Origin: Wolbachia endosymbiont of Drosophila innubila
Lineage (GTDB): Bacteria > Pseudomonadota > Alphaproteobacteria > Rickettsiales > Anaplasmataceae
Assembly (NCBI RefSeq): GCF_021378375.1
Contig: NZ_CP076228.1
Location: 1,110,001 to 1,142,000 of the forward strand
Direction: 5' to 3'
DNA length: 32,000 nt
The translations under genes were made by a program, and so were the position numbers. The notes below the pieces were generated by a model. The model was given only the letters and a program-made list of their open reading frames with translations, did not search any database and was not told the DNA's origin. Shown one piece after another: positions 10,398 to 20,152 of this stretch (its first letter is position 1; the number at the start of each line of letters is the position of its first letter).

Positions 10398-11213
10398 ATG
10401 CCAGAACTACCGGAAGTGGAAGTAATCTCTAATTTTTTGCTTGATAAAATTAAAAACAAGCAAATCAGTAATGTTATAGTGAATAATTGGAATTTACGTG
10501 CCCCAATAACAAAAAATATTGATGATATGCTAAAGGGCAAAGTCATACGCAACATCAAGCGTAGAGGTAAGTATACCATCTGGAATACAGATGGTAGTGT
10601 GGCTGTAATCATACATCTTGGCATGAGCGGAAAGCTTATATATGCTGACCACGATCAAATGCGGAATAAGCATGATCACGTGGTATTTTTATTTTCTGAC
10701 AATACTTCAATAATTTTTAATGACCCAAGAAGATTTGGATTAGTTATCGTTTTAAATAAAGAACAAGAAACGGATTTTTTTAGCGATTTTGGAATAGAGC
10801 CCCTCACGGATGAATTCAGTGGAGACTATTTACAGGAGTTGCTGAAAAACAAAAAAGTGAATATCAAATCAGCGTTAATGGACAATAAATCAATAGTTGG
10901 CGTAGGCAACATATATGCTTCTGAGAGCTTGTTTAGAGCCCGTATATCACCACTCAGGTCAGCAAAAAACTTGACCTATAGAGAGTGCGAAAAACTTGCT
11001 GCTGAAATAAAAAATACTCTGAGTGATGCAATTGCTGCAGGTGGTTCAACACTGAAAGATTATGCACAGCCATCTGGATCTGCTGGATACTTTCAAAATA
11101 ACTTTTACGTATATGGTAAAGTTCAAAAACCTTGCAAGATTTGCAATAATATCATAACACTTATACGACAAAATGGCCGTAGCACTTATTTTTGCAACGC
11201 GTGCCAGAATTAA
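10398..11213 (+). CDS. mutM: formamidopyrimidine-DNA glycosylase
   Basis: The true start is the internal ATG giving MPELPEVE (catalytic Pro2/Glu3), preceded by gaaggagg. A C-terminal zinc finger CKICNNIITLIRQNGRSTYFCNACQ is present. The ORF-track start at 10164 adds a Lys-rich non-homologous extension. Confidence 0.9.
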   Translation: MPELPEVEVISNFLLDKIKNKQISNVIVNNWNLRAPITKNIDDMLKGKVIRNIKRRGKYTIWNTDGSVAVIIHLGMSGKLIYADHDQMRNKHDHVVFLFSDNTSIIFNDPRRFGLVIVLNKEQETDFFSDFGIEPLTDEFSGDYLQELLKNKKVNIKSALMDNKSIVGVGNIYASESLFRARISPLRSAKNLTYRECEKLAAEIKNTLSDAIAAGGSTLKDYAQPSGSAGYFQNNFYVYGKVQKPCKICNNIITLIRQNGRSTYFCNACQN

Positions 11214-11229
11214 GATTTTATTTTTTGAT

Positions 11230-11823
11230 ATGATATTTTCACTTGAAAAAGATCCATTTGATTTGTTTTCAAAGTGGTACAAAGCAGTACTTAATTCTCC
11301 GTGTGAACAACCAGCTGCAATGACGCTAGCAACTTGTAGCAAAGACTGTATTCCATCTGCAAGAGTGGTATTACTAAAGGAATATAGCAAAGAAGGTTTT
11401 GTGTTTTTCACTAACGTAAACAGTAAAAAAGGGAAAGAATTGACTGAGAACCCCAAAGCTGCGTTAGTGTTTCATTGGATAGAATTTGCTAGGCAAGTGC
11501 GAATTGAAGGAGAGGTTAAACTTCTAAACGATGAAAGAACTGACAAATACTTCTCTTCTCGAGCGCTGGGTAGTCAAATTAGCGCATGGTGCTCAAAACA
11601 ATCGAGCATTCTGAAAGATTGGCAAGATTTTGAGCAAGCTATAAAATTGAAGGAAAAAGAATTTCACAATACACAAGTTTCTCGTCCTGATTTTTGGGTG
11701 GGATTTTGCGTAATCCCAAAAGTAATTGAATTTTGGCAAGAAGGTGAATATAGGAAGCATATTAGATTTAGATACACTCTTGTTGAGGGAAGCGATTGGA
11801 AAGTGGAACAACTATATCCTTAA
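11230..11823 (+). CDS. pdxH: pyridoxamine 5'-phosphate oxidase
   Basis: Starts MIFSLEKDPFDLFSKWY. Conserved motifs are ARVVLLKEY..GFVFFTN..S.KGKEL, RQVRIEG and IEFWQEGEYRKHIRFRY. Confidence 0.85.
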   Translation: MIFSLEKDPFDLFSKWYKAVLNSPCEQPAAMTLATCSKDCIPSARVVLLKEYSKEGFVFFTNVNSKKGKELTENPKAALVFHWIEFARQVRIEGEVKLLNDERTDKYFSSRALGSQISAWCSKQSSILKDWQDFEQAIKLKEKEFHNTQVSRPDFWVGFCVIPKVIEFWQEGEYRKHIRFRYTLVEGSDWKVEQLYP

Positions 11824-11826
11824 AAA

Positions 11827-11903
<77 letters not shown>

Positions 11904-11965
11904 TCGTTGCTTATTTAGTTATTATATATACAAATAATGAAAAAAGAAAAATAAAATTTCACCAC

Positions 11966-14148
11966 ATGCAAATATCGACACACTTATTAACTTTTCTTGA
12001 CATAATAGTTAGTTATATACGTAACAATCTGCGCAATGAACAATATAACTTGATACTGTGGTTTCCTGTTCTTCAGTGTGCAGGAATTTTAACATATTTT
12101 TCCCTAAGTTTTGAACCAAGCTGCATATCTATTTTTCTTTTGCTTTTACCCACACTAATTTTGATTGCAATATTATACAGAAAGTACGCAATATTATGCA
12201 TTGCTTTAATTGCAGTGCTCATAGGATTTACAGCCAGTAAATTAAGAACAGCTTTAGTTGATACTCAAATTCTTGATAAAGAGAGGTATGTAAAAAATAT
12301 CGTTGCCACAGTGAAGGATATTAACGACAGGGGCTCATATAAACAATTTCTGCTTTCTGTTGAAAAATCCCCTACTATCTCAAAATCCTCTCCTGTCATC
12401 CCAGCGCCCCCTTTTGTCATCCCAGTGCCCCCTTTTGTCATCCCAGTACTTGATACTGGGATCCAGAAAAAAAAGATATGGATTCCAGCGTCACGCGCTG
12501 GAATGACACCGGATAGAGCTCTAGATAACATCAGAATATCAGTTAGAACCAAAGTGGAAAAAGGCATTAAAACAGGCGATCAAGTAAAATTATCAGCAAA
12601 ACTCTTCCCTCTAAAGATTGCACCTTCGGAGTATGCATACGATTTTGCAAGAATAGCATATTACCAGAAAATAAGTGCAACAGGTTTTGCAACAAGCAAA
12701 ATAGCCCTACACAAAAAGGCTGAAGCAAGGCAATTTCTAGAGTATATAGAATCTTTCCGTCAATACATTTATGAAAACCTGCAGCAAAATATCAAAAAAC
12801 CACATGCGGATATAATCTCTGCATTACTGATCGGTAAAAAAGATGGCATAGATCAAAAAACTATGGACGCGATACGAGATTCAGGTATAGCACATTTGTT
12901 TGCCATATCTGGTTTGCATTTATCATTTGTTGCTGGTCTGTTTTTTGTAGTGTTTCGTAATTTATTCGCAATATCTGAAACTTTGACTCTTAAGTATAAC
13001 ACCAAGAAAATATCTGCATTCCTTACTATCTTGCCAACCACGTTTTATTTATTGATTATCGGTATGCAAATTTCTGCTCAGCGTGCCTACATTATGGTGA
13101 TTTAGTACTCGTTGCAATAATGATAGAGAGAAAGTATCGAGGGTTAATAGCAATTGCGTTTGCTGCTTCAGTGATACTCTCAGTAGAACCAGAAGCAATT
13201 TTAAAGCCTGGCTTTCAGATGTCATTTTTTGCTGTTTTGGCACTGGTTGCCAGTTATCAAATTAATGCTAATAAGTTGTTCAAAATAAAAATAATGAAAT
13301 ATTTTGTGTCGATAATGATCAGCTCAGTAATAGCAAGTTTAGCAACTGTTCCGTATACGATATATAATTTTAATTATTTTTCAATTAGTGGCATTATCAC
13401 AAATTTAGTTGCTATACCAATAGTTACATTAATTATTATTCCACTTGGAATAATCTATGTTTTGTTGATTCCTTTGGGTGTTGAATGGATTATAGCGCCA
13501 TTTATAGAGCGCCCAATTGACAGCATTTTGTATATAACAAATGCAATCGCTAGTCTTCAGTATTTGGTTATTCCCATTCGTACTTTTCCTGCCTCATCAA
13601 TTATTATAATAACATTTGGGTTATTGTGGCTGTGCTTGTGGGAAAGAAATTGGCGTTTCTTCGGAATTTTCTTTATTGTGCTGGGTATTTTCTCTAGTGC
13701 TATGTATAGAACTCCTGATATCTTGATAAATGCTGATAATGTTGCTGCAAAGGAGAGTGATAACTTACTATATTCTCTCACCAGAAAAAATAGGAACTTT
13801 GTTGTCAAAACATGGGCGAAGCAAAATGGGCAGAACCAAATTTTGAATCATAAAAAATACAATAACTCAGATAAAAGGCTAAAGTGTAACGATTATGGCT
13901 GCATATATAATAAAGGAAATAATAAATTAGTGCTGCTAGCTTATAAAAAAGAAGATATTTCAGAAAATTGTGATAAAGTTGATTTAACAATTCAATTAAG
14001 TGAATTCGACTATTCAGCTTGCAACGCTAAAATTATTAAACATGCTGATCTAGAAACGTATGGCACACATTCTGTTTGGTTAACAAATCGTTACGTAAAG
14101 ATTAATACAGTGCGCTCCAATAGGCCTTGGCACATGTTGAAAAATTAA
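11966..14148 (+). pseudogene. comEC: ComEC/Rec2-family competence channel protein, interrupted by a frameshift near 13085-13120 and carrying an in-frame repeat insertion
   Basis: The N-terminal fragment is 11966-13105 (MQISTHLL...; polytopic, with GIAHLFAISGLHLSFVAG, the ComEC core motif). The C-terminal fragment is 13120-14148, in another frame (PGFQMSFFAVLALV plus more TM helices). The track start at 11867 overlaps the tRNA-fMet and is spurious. Confidence 0.7.
12392..12510. repeat. palindromic repeat element embedded in frame in comEC
   Basis: Three gtcatcccag units at 21-bp spacing (12395, 12416, 12437) are followed by the hairpins cccagta-cttga-tactggg, atcca-N13-tggat and ttccagcg-N5-cgctggaa. 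It translates as VIPAPPFVIPVPPFVIPVLDTGIQKKKIWIPASRAGMT. Confidence 0.65.
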
Positions 14149-14209
14149 GAAACTTGATTTTAAGGTTTGGTTAACGTATACCTAAATAAGTTTAAACTAG
14201 AAAAATGTT

Positions 14210-15907
14210 ATGGTTACAGACACTCAAGATCCTTTCAAAGACTATTTTGATTTTTTAGGATTTAGAAAACTTTCTGACCAGCCCAGTAGAATTTTGAGCT
14301 CTATAAGAAAGTATTCTGGTACTATATCGATAGCAAGTACCATTGCTACTCTTATAGCATTTACTGCCTTTTCTATTCAGCCTGTTACAGTAAGTATTGC
14401 TGGGTTTGCGTTCACGCCAGCACCTCTTGCCTTTATTCCTCTTATAGTTCTCTTATTTACTGCTGTTATAAACTTTATAAATACACAAAAAATAAAAGAG
14501 AATGAAATAGATAAAAAAATAGGAAACTATCAAGTTGATGAACAGTACAGCCAGATTGCTCAAGAAGCTAAAAAAATTGAAATTGTAACAAATTTAGATA
14601 AAAAGGGGGAAAAGCTTTCAATAGTTTTACCAATTTCTAAGACGCAGAGAGAAATACTAGAAGATATAGAAGCAGAAAATAGAAATAGGATTCTCTTGTT
14701 TACTGGATCATATGTATTTGGTACTACTATAGTAGTTTCAGCAATATCACAATCCATTAATGCTCCAATAATATTAATAGCTTTATTAGTCGCTATTCTT
14801 TTATGCATCATATCAACACTTAGCAATCTAATAAGTAATAGCGTGGATCATGAAAATCATACTATTAGAAAACACAGTTCTTTAGGTCTTCTATTTCCAT
14901 ACTGGTCTGGAAAGGGCATGGTTGTATCAGTAGTAGAAAATAAGCTTGGTAAAAGGGAAAATGAACTAATATCTCTAATGAAAAAACTACTTAGTCCGCT
15001 TTGCAACTCATTTGACAGTAACCTTAAAAAAGCTTGCGATTTACTTGATAATAGTCTTTTAAAGCCTGCAAATATTAACATTAAAGAAACGCTTGATCAC
15101 CTAAAAAAAATCAGAGAAGACATCAAAAAAGATTTAGATTGGCTACATGCAGAAATTTCAGAAGTTTTAAACAACACTAAAGAATTGACAAAAAAAGCAC
15201 ATTCACTAGATATTGAAGGTACTTTTTCTAGGTTAGAGAATGCTATTAAAATTGCTGAAGATAAAATTGAACGATTTGAACCAAGCCGCTTTGTAGGCTG
15301 GCTTCAATCAACTACGCAGTCTAATAATAACGAGTTCCTTAGCATGCTAAAAAAGTTAAAAGAGGATACAGAAGAGGAAAAAACGGAATTGAAGGAGCAA
15401 TTAAACGTAGTAAGGAATGAATTAGAAGAAATAAAAAAGAAGCAAGCTCAACCAAGTACGCCTGATTTAGAAGCTAACAATGGAAATAATACTAATAAAT
15501 TATTAGTATTAGAAAATAAAGTCAAAGAACTACGTGACACAGTTAGAAAGTTAGAGCTGGAAGCAGAACAAAATAAGCTGCAGCAAAAGAAGGAAAAGTT
15601 AGAGCAAAAAAAATCTGAACAAGAAAAAACAGATGAATGGAAAGAAAAAATCAACGGCAAACCAAGTGAATTCTTATATTATTTATTAGAATCTATTAAG
15701 CTGGAAGAAAAAGATAATAAAGAAAAAAAGGTTGAGGCAACATTACGAGATTTTGATAATAAAGTTACAATCTACTGGAAAGATGGCTCTCAAACAATTT
15801 GCCATATTAAAAAACAAGGTGATCTGCAAATTGAGTCTAGTGCAACAATGTTTACAGACCCAAATGTTCAAGCAGCATGGGAAATGGCGCGGGGTAAATC
15901 ACTATAG
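14210..15907 (+). CDS. hypothetical membrane protein with two paired hydrophobic domains and a long charged or coiled-coil C-terminal region
   Basis: 565-aa uninterrupted ORF with hydrophobic blocks at aa 38-90 and 161-207. From about aa 280-520 it is Lys/Glu-rich and heptad-like (LKEQLNVVRNELEEIKKK, VKELRDTVRKLELEAEQNKLQQKKEKLEQKK). No enzymatic motif was recognised. Confidence 0.6.
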   Translation: MVTDTQDPFKDYFDFLGFRKLSDQPSRILSSIRKYSGTISIASTIATLIAFTAFSIQPVTVSIAGFAFTPAPLAFIPLIVLLFTAVINFINTQKIKENEIDKKIGNYQVDEQYSQIAQEAKKIEIVTNLDKKGEKLSIVLPISKTQREILEDIEAENRNRILLFTGSYVFGTTIVVSAISQSINAPIILIALLVAILLCIISTLSNLISNSVDHENHTIRKHSSLGLLFPYWSGKGMVVSVVENKLGKRENELISLMKKLLSPLCNSFDSNLKKACDLLDNSLLKPANINIKETLDHLKKIREDIKKDLDWLHAEISEVLNNTKELTKKAHSLDIEGTFSRLENAIKIAEDKIERFEPSRFVGWLQSTTQSNNNEFLSMLKKLKEDTEEEKTELKEQLNVVRNELEEIKKKQAQPSTPDLEANNGNNTNKLLVLENKVKELRDTVRKLELEAEQNKLQQKKEKLEQKKSEQEKTDEWKEKINGKPSEFLYYLLESIKLEEKDNKEKKVEATLRDFDNKVTIYWKDGSQTICHIKKQGDLQIESSATMFTDPNVQAAWEMARGKSL

Positions 15908-16011
15908 ATTACTCAATAATAACCTTAAGTGTTAATAATGATAAAGAGAAATTAAGGTTAGACACCTATATAGCTGAAAAATGCAACATATCACGCAGCA
16001 AAGCGCAAAGA

Positions 16012-16842
16012 TTGATACAAAATGAGCAGGTGAAATTACTTGGCACACCGATAATTAATAATGACTACATAGTAAAACCAGATGAAGAATATGTGGTGCA
16101 TCTCGTTCAACCTGACATATCCACATCAATTGAGCCTAATTATGACATAAAACTTAATATCGTCTATGAAGATGAGGACATTATAGTTCTGAGTAAACAA
16201 AGTGGATTAACAGTGCACCCAGGTGCTGGGACAAACAATGATACGCTTTTGAACGCAGTTATCGCTCACCTTAATGTAAGACCAGGAATTGTTCATAGAC
16301 TCGATAAAGATACTAGTGGGCTAATGGTAATTGCAAAAAATGAAGCAGCCCATAGTTTTTTGTCTGAATTGTTATCGAATCGCAAAATAAAGCGGGAATA
16401 CTTAGCAGTAGTTTGGGGAACATTATCTTCTCAGCAAGGCACGATAAAAACTAACATTGCTCCCAAACGCGGTAATAAAGAAATGATGTGTGTAACAAAA
16501 ATCACAGGCAAATTAGCAATCACTCACTATTTAGTGCAAAAAGTTATAGGACAAGTAAGCCTCGTTAAATGCACTTTAGAGACAGGCAGAACACACCAAA
16601 TTCGAGTCCACATGAGCCACATAGGACATTCCATAGTTGGTGATCAAGTTTATGGAAAAAATAGTAGTAAAAGCACAAAATATGCTAAAAACTCTAGTTT
16701 CATTCGTAATTTCAATAGACAAGCACTACATGCTTATACACTGGGCTTATACCACCCAAAAAGTAAGGAATACATGGAATTTGTCTCTGATTTACCGCAA
16801 GATATAAAAACTTTAATTGGTGAGTTTGACAACATATCTTAA
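16012..16842 (+). CDS. rluD: 23S rRNA pseudouridine synthase, RluA family (RluD-like)
   Basis: Catalytic motif HRLDKDTSGLMV, plus GRTHQIRVHM and RQALHA. S4-domain-like sequence (LRLDTYIAEKCNISRSKAQRLIQNEQV) continues in frame upstream of the TTG at 16012, back towards about 15916, so the true start is probably earlier. Confidence 0.8.
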   Translation: MIQNEQVKLLGTPIINNDYIVKPDEEYVVHLVQPDISTSIEPNYDIKLNIVYEDEDIIVLSKQSGLTVHPGAGTNNDTLLNAVIAHLNVRPGIVHRLDKDTSGLMVIAKNEAAHSFLSELLSNRKIKREYLAVVWGTLSSQQGTIKTNIAPKRGNKEMMCVTKITGKLAITHYLVQKVIGQVSLVKCTLETGRTHQIRVHMSHIGHSIVGDQVYGKNSSKSTKYAKNSSFIRNFNRQALHAYTLGLYHPKSKEYMEFVSDLPQDIKTLIGEFDNIS

Positions 16843-16853
16843 TAACATTCGTA

Positions 16854-17204
16854 TTAACCTATCAATATTATCATCCATGTTATCAGGAAGTTAATTAATG
16901 AAAGAAAAACTGCTGCACTACCTAGATCTTTCACCTTTTTTGAAAGTATGTGTTGTTCACTGGAAATACGCTCAATTGTCGTTTCAAAAGCAGTGTTAAC
17001 AATTTCCACAATTAACACCAGGAATAGGCTGCTTATCATTACTGCACGTTCTAGATTACTTACATCCAAAACAAACAAAATTGAGACACATACTATAAAA
17101 AGCAGTAACTCCTGTCTGAACGCAATTTCTGATATAAAAGCTGATTTTATTCCTTCACAAGAGTATTGAATTGCTTTTATTAGACGAATAATGCCCTTCT
17201 TCAT
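16854..17204 (-). CDS. dgkA: diacylglycerol kinase (prokaryotic DgkA family)
   Basis: 116 aa with three TM segments. Carries AFRQELLLF and the EIVNTAFETTIERIS (E-x-x-N-T-A-x-E) signature. Confidence 0.8.
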   Translation of the reverse strand: MKKGIIRLIKAIQYSCEGIKSAFISEIAFRQELLLFIVCVSILFVLDVSNLERAVMISSLFLVLIVEIVNTAFETTIERISSEQHILSKKVKDLGSAAVFLSLINFLITWMIILIG

Positions 17205-17301
17205 TATTATTCACAAAACCCTTTAATCAAAATTTTAACTCATTTAGATTTGCTACACCCTATAGCATTTTTATCATTTGTTCACCCTATTGGTTTTGAA
17301 A

Positions 17302-18093
17302 TTAAGATTTACCGCAACTACAATAAGTACTCTTATCATCACATTTTGGTGTTAAGTCAGGATAGAACGTGAGTATAGCATCATTCTTTCTTACAAACAC
17401 TGATTGATAATTGTCATCTTCCATTTCATATAGACACATTCCATCTTTTCCTAATTCCTTAAACGCCTTAGTTGCAGAAATTATCGGCATGAAGGTTATA
17501 TGTGTATCCATTTGGGCATTTAACTTTCACTTCCCCATCCTTACCCAAATATTTCATTCCAAATGTATAAACCGGCGGCTTAATATCTGATTCATTGCAC
17601 AGGATTCCAACTGCCCATTTATCCTCTTGAGCTTCAACATATCTACCTACAAAATGCATACCACCTAATTTATCGTTTGGCTCACCACAAAAAATATGTC
17701 CAAACCCTATAGTTTCTTTTTCACTTCCACTATTTGTAAACCAAATGTTAGCCAGTTCATCTTTAAGTAACTCCAAATCCGCATCTGGCGTAATCACTTA
17801 TATATTCCTTTCACTACTTCTTGATGCTGCGGACAACTAAGTAAAATTTTGAAATCTTCTTTATCTGGATGTGCTCCCCAATCTCCACAAACTTTCAACA
17901 CTCCTCTATCGAAGTCAGTTAATTCTGAAACGGTGGCTGGTTGTGAACTGAAAAATGGTTCAAAATTGACTTCAACATTTTCTTCTACATAGCCGGTGTG
18001 AAAATAATGATCCTTAATATAAAAAATAAATCCTATTATTGGTATTATTAAACACAAAATTAGTTTAACTGTCTTCGACATAATCACGTTCAC
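17302..18093 (-). pseudogene. membrane-anchored EndoU/XendoU-like ribonuclease-fold protein, split into three overlapping ORFs
   Basis: The ORFs are 17794-18093 (N-terminal signal anchor KLILCLIIPIIGFIFYI), 17468-17797 (GFGHIFCGEPNDKLGGMHF, i.e. H-x-F-x-G-E ... G-x-H as in the EndoU catalytic histidines) and 17302-17511 (ends ..AILTFYP). The junctions overlap by 4 nt and 44 nt. Confidence 0.4.
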
Positions 18094-18130
18094 AAAAAAG
18101 CTAGCCTATAAGAAATAATTTAAAAAAGTT

Positions 18131-19327
18131 TTAATCTAATCGTTTTTGCAGAGCAGCAACTCCCGGCATTTCATCGCCACTTAACCAATCTAAAAATGCT
18201 CCTCCACCAGTGGAAACATATGTAAAATCCTTATCGGCAAGGCCTGCAGCGCTTATTGCAGATAGACTATCGCCTCCCCCTATTATGCTGGTTAACTTTC
18301 CTTTGTGCGTTAAGTCACTTACGATTTTCATTACCCCTATTGTACCGCTTGCAAAAACTGAATGTTCAAAAACACCAATAGGTCCATTCCACAGCAGAGT
18401 CTTACTGCTTGCTATTATACTGCTTATTGTACTCAAAGTTTGTGATCCGATATCCAAAATTATATCACCGTCCAAAATGGACTCAGTTCTTCTTGAAATA
18501 CTAGTGCTGTAATCAGAGTTTACTGCAACCAGAACGTCTTCTGGCACAACTATTTTGCAATTGTTTTTATTTGCTGTTTCAAGAATATTATGCAGAAGGT
18601 CGTCAACACCATTTTGAAAGAAAGATTTCCCTATATTTACTTTGCTAAATGACAAAAAATTATTGGCTATTGCACCACCTAGAACTAGGTAATTAACCTT
18701 TTCTGTTAGCTTCATAAGCACTTTTATTTTAGTTGATATTTTAGCTCCCCCAACTATCGCAGTAATAGGTTTAGCTTTAAACGATACAGCTTTTTCAAGA
18801 TACTTTAGCTCATCTTGCAAGCAAAACCCTGCATAAGAGGGTAAAAATTCTGTAATGCGTGAAATAGAAGCGTGAGCTCTGTGAGAGCAAGAAAATGCAT
18901 CATTTACATATATATCCGCTAGAGATGCTAGTTGTTTGGCAAAATTTGAGTCACTTTGCTCTTCCTCTTTATAAAATCTTAGATTCTCTAGTAATATTAT
19001 ATCTCCTGCATCCATAACACTTACTGCTCTTTGTACTTTTTCACCAAAGCAATCGTCAATGAATTTCACTTTTTTATTTAGTAACTGCGATAAAGTGTCA
19101 ATTACATTTTTTAGCGACAGATTATTGTCTCTGGCCTTTGGGCGTCCAAAATGTGATATAATAATAATCTTTGCACTCGCATTCACTAAATACTGAATAG
19201 TAGGCAATGCTCTCAAAATACGAGTGACGTCACGAATTTCTCCATCTTTTATAGGAACATTGAAGTCAACTCTGAGTAAGACGGTTTTATTGTGAAGATC
19301 ACAATTTTCTATACTAGGTATATTCAT
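18131..19327 (-). CDS. pgk: phosphoglycerate kinase
   Basis: 398 aa with VLLRVDFNVP, IIIISHFGRPK, NDAFSCSHRAHAS, AIVGGAKISTKI and STGGGAFLDWL. Confidence 0.93.
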   Translation of the reverse strand: MNIPSIENCDLHNKTVLLRVDFNVPIKDGEIRDVTRILRALPTIQYLVNASAKIIIISHFGRPKARDNNLSLKNVIDTLSQLLNKKVKFIDDCFGEKVQRAVSVMDAGDIILLENLRFYKEEEQSDSNFAKQLASLADIYVNDAFSCSHRAHASISRITEFLPSYAGFCLQDELKYLEKAVSFKAKPITAIVGGAKISTKIKVLMKLTEKVNYLVLGGAIANNFLSFSKVNIGKSFFQNGVDDLLHNILETANKNNCKIVVPEDVLVAVNSDYSTSISRRTESILDGDIILDIGSQTLSTISSIIASSKTLLWNGPIGVFEHSVFASGTIGVMKIVSDLTHKGKLTSIIGGGDSLSAISAAGLADKDFTYVSTGGGAFLDWLSGDEMPGVAALQKRLD

Positions 19328-19420
19328 TACAAAATTGAAGCTATAAAGTCACTATACAGCAGTTTGATCTAAAGTAAAGTTTTAAGCTTACGAACGTTTA
19401 AGGAAATTTGCATGCCAAAC

Positions 19421-19533
19421 GCTTGACACTGGAACCTTATCGTCATGCCATCACGAACCGTCATACCGCCGGGTATCTCTTAGCCGCTAACACGTAGCGG
19501 GATACTTGACCTTTACAGGGATGACGATTGTCG
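19421..19533. repeat. palindromic repeat units related to those at 5970-6072
   Basis: ttgacactggaaccttatcgtc parallels ctgacactggttcctttacgac at 5987-6008. A nested hairpin gtatc..ccgcta-acacg-tagcgg..gatac is also present. Confidence 0.45.
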
Positions 19534-19845
19534 TTTAGTCATAAATATTTAAGAAATTTACTAAACAGAAAAAAAGGCAAAAGAAGCCCCGTGGTTGGCT
19601 AATTACTTACATTATACTTTCAAGTATGGCGTTTTTTTATTCTAAACGCTTAATAACCGCGATTTAGCTGCTTTTTAATGCAACTAACCTTTAGTCATAA
19701 ATATTTAAGAAATTTACTAAACAGAAAAAAAGGCAAAAGAAACCCTAGGGTAGCTAATTATTCACTATCCATTTTTTAAGTTGGCGTTTTTTGATGTTTT
19801 AAATGCTTTATAAGCGTATTTCAGCTTGTATAGGTAAAAACCTAG
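19534..19845. repeat. two-copy tandem duplication with a period of about 156 bp
   Basis: Copy 1 begins at 19534 and copy 2 at 19690. The first 52 nt are identical (tttagtcataaatatttaagaaatttactaaacagaaaaaaaggcaaaagaa). The remainder is recognisably similar but diverged. Confidence 0.65.
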
Positions 19846-20152
19846 AAATTTGATAAAGACATAGAGTGCACATAGTGCAAAAAATTAAACATGAGACGCC
19901 AGATACGTTGAGTTTTTTTGTCATTTAATCTGTACAGAGAAGATAAATAAATAGCTTCAGTTTCATGATAAGGAGGCTGGCGGAGTTTGTCAAGTAAGTT
20001 TTTCGTTTAATCCGTTTCTTGATTTAGGTGCCCTTGACTTCCGGCTGGGTCGAATTTGTATAGCTACATTGTCGGTAAATCTAAATTGCTTTAATGATTT
20101 TGATTGAAAAATAGTTTTTCTATTATATAAATGCTACTTTAGGGTAATCAAA

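Noticed and set aside
10043-10624. 193-aa minus-strand ORF
   Set aside because: It runs antisense to fpg, reads through the tRNA-Thr gene, and is low-complexity and hydrophobic from AT-rich antisense sequence, with no motif.
18210-18512. 100-aa plus-strand ORF
   Set aside because: It is antisense to pgk, whose identity is unambiguous.
19534-19845. Possibility that the tandem repeats are a CRISPR array
   Set aside because: There are only two units, each about 156 bp and contiguous, with no short repeat-spacer periodicity. No cas genes are in the window.
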